Assembly: GCA_030390025.1 (NCBI GenBank) | Contig: JASTWF010000335.1 | Coordinates: forward strand, 1-64,000 | Length of the DNA stretch: 64,000 nucleotides | Direction of reading: 5' to 3' | From: Squalus acanthias | Taxonomy: Eukaryota | Part shown: piece after piece, positions 61,237 to 64,000 of the stretch | How the letters are laid out: each line of letters starts with the position of its first letter | Numbering within the stretch: position 1 is the stretch's first letter | Made by a program: the position numbers and the translations under genes | Notes under the pieces: generated by a model | The model's input: only the letters and a program-made list of their open reading frames with translations | Databases searched by the model: none | Told to the model about the DNA's origin: nothing

Positions 61237-61854
61237 TGTGAGAAGTCGCACAACACCAGGTTATAGTCCAACAGCTTTATTTGAAATCACAAGCTTTCGG
61301 AGCGCTGCTCCTTCGTCAGGTGAAGTGAAGAGATGCATATAGGCACAGCATATATAGTCAGAGAACACTGCCAGGTGACTACAGTTAATCTTTCTAACTG
61401 CCCTTTATCACACCTCGACAGAGAGATAATCACGGCAATCAAAGGTGTGGATGGTGTCCAAACAGGTCAGTCAGGAAAACATGACATCAAAGACAATGAG
61501 GTGGGGTCACAAGGGGTCAATGTGGCAGATGCTGGGGTCTGGATGGAAAACAAAAAACTTTTTTTGCTGGAAATCACAGCGGGTCCGGCCGCAGCTGTGT
61601 AGAGAGAACAAGCCAACGACGACTCGAGTCTGGATGACTCTACGTCAGGTGGGGTTACATGTAACGTGACATGAACCCAAGATCCCGGTGTTCTCTGACT
61701 ATATATGCTGTGCCTATATGCATCTCTTCACTTCACCTGACGAAGGAGCAGCGCTCCGAAAGCTTGTGATTTCAAATAAAACTGTTGGACTATAACCTGG
61801 TGTTGTGCGACTTCTCACATTTGTCCACCCCAGTCCAACACCGGCATCTCCACA
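61237..61854. mobile_element. Penelope-like insertion with inverted 5' part and 12-bp TSD; hammerheads at 61287-61323 (-) and 61733-61769 (+)
   Basis: TAAAGGAAGAGA at 61225-61236 and 61855-61866. Reverse complement of 61655-61687 reads RDLGFMSRYM*, a Penelope-like ORF terminus. Confidence 0.87.
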
Positions 61855-62025
61855 TAAAGGAAGAGAGAGAGAGAGGCGGAGAGGGTGAAGGAAGGAATTC
61901 CAGAGCTTCGGAGCCAAGGCGGCTGAAAGCAGGGCCGCCAATGGTGGAGCGATTAAAAGCGGGGGTGGGGGGGGGTGGGCGGGGGACTGCTCAAGAGGGC
62001 AGAATTGGAGGAGCACGGATATATC

Positions 62026-63678
62026 GGAGGGTTGTAGGGCTGGAGGAGGTTACAGAGATAGGGAGGGTTGTAGGGCTGGAGGAGGTTACAGAGATAGGGA
62101 GGGTTGTAGGGCTGGAGGAGGTTACAGAGATAGGGAGGGTTGTTGGGCTGGAGGAGTTTACAGAGATAAGGTGGGTTGTAGGGGCTGGAGGGGGTTACAG
62201 AGATAGGGAGAGTTGTAGGGGATGAAGGAGGTTACAGAGATAGGGAGGGTTGTGGGTGCTTGAGGAGGTTACAGAGATAGGGAGGGTTGCAGGGCTGGAG
62301 GAGGTTACAGAGATAGGGAGGGTTGTAGGGGCTGGAGGAGGTTACAGAGATAGGGAGGGTTGTAGGGCTGGAGGAGGTTACAGAGATAGGGAGGGTTGTA
62401 GGGCTGGAGGAGGTTACAGAGATAGGGAGGGTTGCAGGGCTGGAGGAGGTTACAGAGATAGGGAGGGTTGTAGGTGCTGGAGGAGGTTACAGAGATAGGG
62501 AGGGTTGTAGGGGCTGGAGGAGGTTACAGAGATAGGGAGGGTTGTAGGGCTGGAGGAGGTTACAGAGATAGGGAGGGTTGTAGGGGCTGGAGGAGGTTAC
62601 AGAGATAGGGAGGGTTGTAGGGCTGGAGAAGGTTACAGAGATAGGGAGGGTTGTAGGGCTGGAGGAGGTTACAGAGATAGGGAGGGTTGTAGGGCTGGAG
62701 GAGGTTACAGAGATAGGGAGGGTTGTTGGGCTGGAGGAGGTTACAGAGATAGGGAGGGTTGTAGGGCTGGAGGAGGTTACAGAGATAGGAAGCGTTGTAG
62801 GGCTGGAGGAGGTTACAGAGGTAGGGAGGATTGTAGGGGCTGGAGGAGGTTACAGAGATAGGGAGGGTTGTAGGGGCTGGAGGAGGTTACAGAGATAGGG
62901 AGGGTTGTGGGGGCTGGAGGAGGTTACAGAGATAGGGAGGGTTGTAGGGCTGGAGGAGGTTACAGAGATAGGGAGGGTTGTAGGGGCTGGAGGAGGTTAC
63001 AGAGATAGGGAGGGTTGTAGGGACTGGAGGAGGTTACAGAGATAGGGAGGGTTGTCGGGCTGGAGGAGGTTACAGAGATAGGGAGGGTTGTAGGGGCTGG
63101 AGGTGGTTACAGAGATAGGGAGGGTTGTAGGGGCTGGAGGAGGTTACAGAGATAGGGAGGATTGTAGGGCTGGAGGAGGTTACAGAGATAGGGAGGGTTG
63201 TAGGGGCTGGAGGAGGTTACAGAGATAGGGAGGGTTGTAGGGGCTGGAGGAGGTTACAGAGATAGGGAGGGTTGTAGGGACTGGAGGAGGTTACAGAGAT
63301 AGGGAGGGTTGTTGGGGCTGGAGGAGGTTACAGAGATAGGGAGGGTTGTAGGGGTTGGAGGAGGTTACAGAGATAGGGAGGGTTGTAGGGGCTGGAGGAG
63401 GTTACAGAGATAGGTAGGGTTGTAGGGGCTGGAGGAGGTTACAGAGATAGGGAGGGTTGTAGGGGCTGGAGGAGGTTACAGAGATAGGGAGGGTTGTAGG
63501 GGCTGGAGGAGGTTACAGAGATAGGGAGGGTTGTAGGGGCTGGAGGAGGTTACAGAGATAGGGAGGGTTGTAGGGGCTGGAGGAGGTTACAGAGATAGGG
63601 AGGGTTGTAGGGGCTGGAGGAGGTTACAGAGATAGGGAGGGTTGTAGGGGCTGGAGGAGGTTACAGAGATAGGGAGGG
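62026..63678 (-). repeat. 36/37-bp L2-derived minisatellite (independent copy)
   Basis: Direct inspection; L2 sequence on both sides. Confidence 0.97.
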
Positions 63679-64000
63679 AGGGGGGGGCGCGAGATGATGG
63701 AGGGATTTGAAAACAAGGATGAGAATTTTAAAATCGAGGAGCTGCTTAACCGGGAGCCAATGTAGGCCAGCGGGCAAAGGGAGGGTGATGGGTGAGCGGG
63801 ACTTGGTGCGAGTTAGGATACGGGGCAGCAGAGTTTGGGATGAGCTCAAGTTTACGGAGTGTGGAACGTGGGAGAGTGTTGGAATCGTCAATGTCTGGGG
63901 GTAAGCCAGGAATATTAAGTGAGAAGGAAAGTTGGGAGCGTTCACCTTGAAGTCAGGCTTCGGGGAAATCGGATGGAAATTTCCACGGGTCTGAAGGGGA

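Larger units (their letters stand above)
61060..63860 (-). mobile_element. L2 LINE 3' portion interrupted by a Penelope-like insertion and a 36/37-bp array
   Basis: Tail ACAACAACAACTGGCATTTATATAGCGCCTT at ~61060; RILTRTKSRSPIT..LHWLPVKQLLDFKILILVFKSLH at 63680-63830. Confidence 0.85.

Overview
Eukaryotic, repeat-dominated genomic window. The LINE/SINE families suggest a cartilaginous fish (inference). (1) A spliced MS4A/CD20-like membrane-protein gene lies on the + strand, with six phase-0 GT-AG exons between 29085 and 60176. The end of one tetraspan domain runs in frame into the start of a second, suggesting a tandem-domain MS4A protein. (2) Roughly 1-26168 is an inverted, slightly diverged copy of ~26460-50300, meeting head-to-head at a 200-N gap. 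This is either a palindromic duplication or a mis-scaffolded haplotig. (3) Several Penelope-like retroelement insertions carry nine intact minimal hammerhead-ribozyme cores of two families; those of the first family have inverted ends and 9-13 bp target duplications. (4) A 4.15-kb PIF/Harbinger DNA transposon has TIRs, a TAC TSD, an intact transposase ORF and a frameshifted Myb/SANT partner gene. (5) Very large minisatellites have mostly grown in situ from short segments of L2, DeuSINE and CR1 elements. Most long ORFs in the supplied track are translations of tandem repeats. All coordinates were read by eye; repeat boundaries are approximate.
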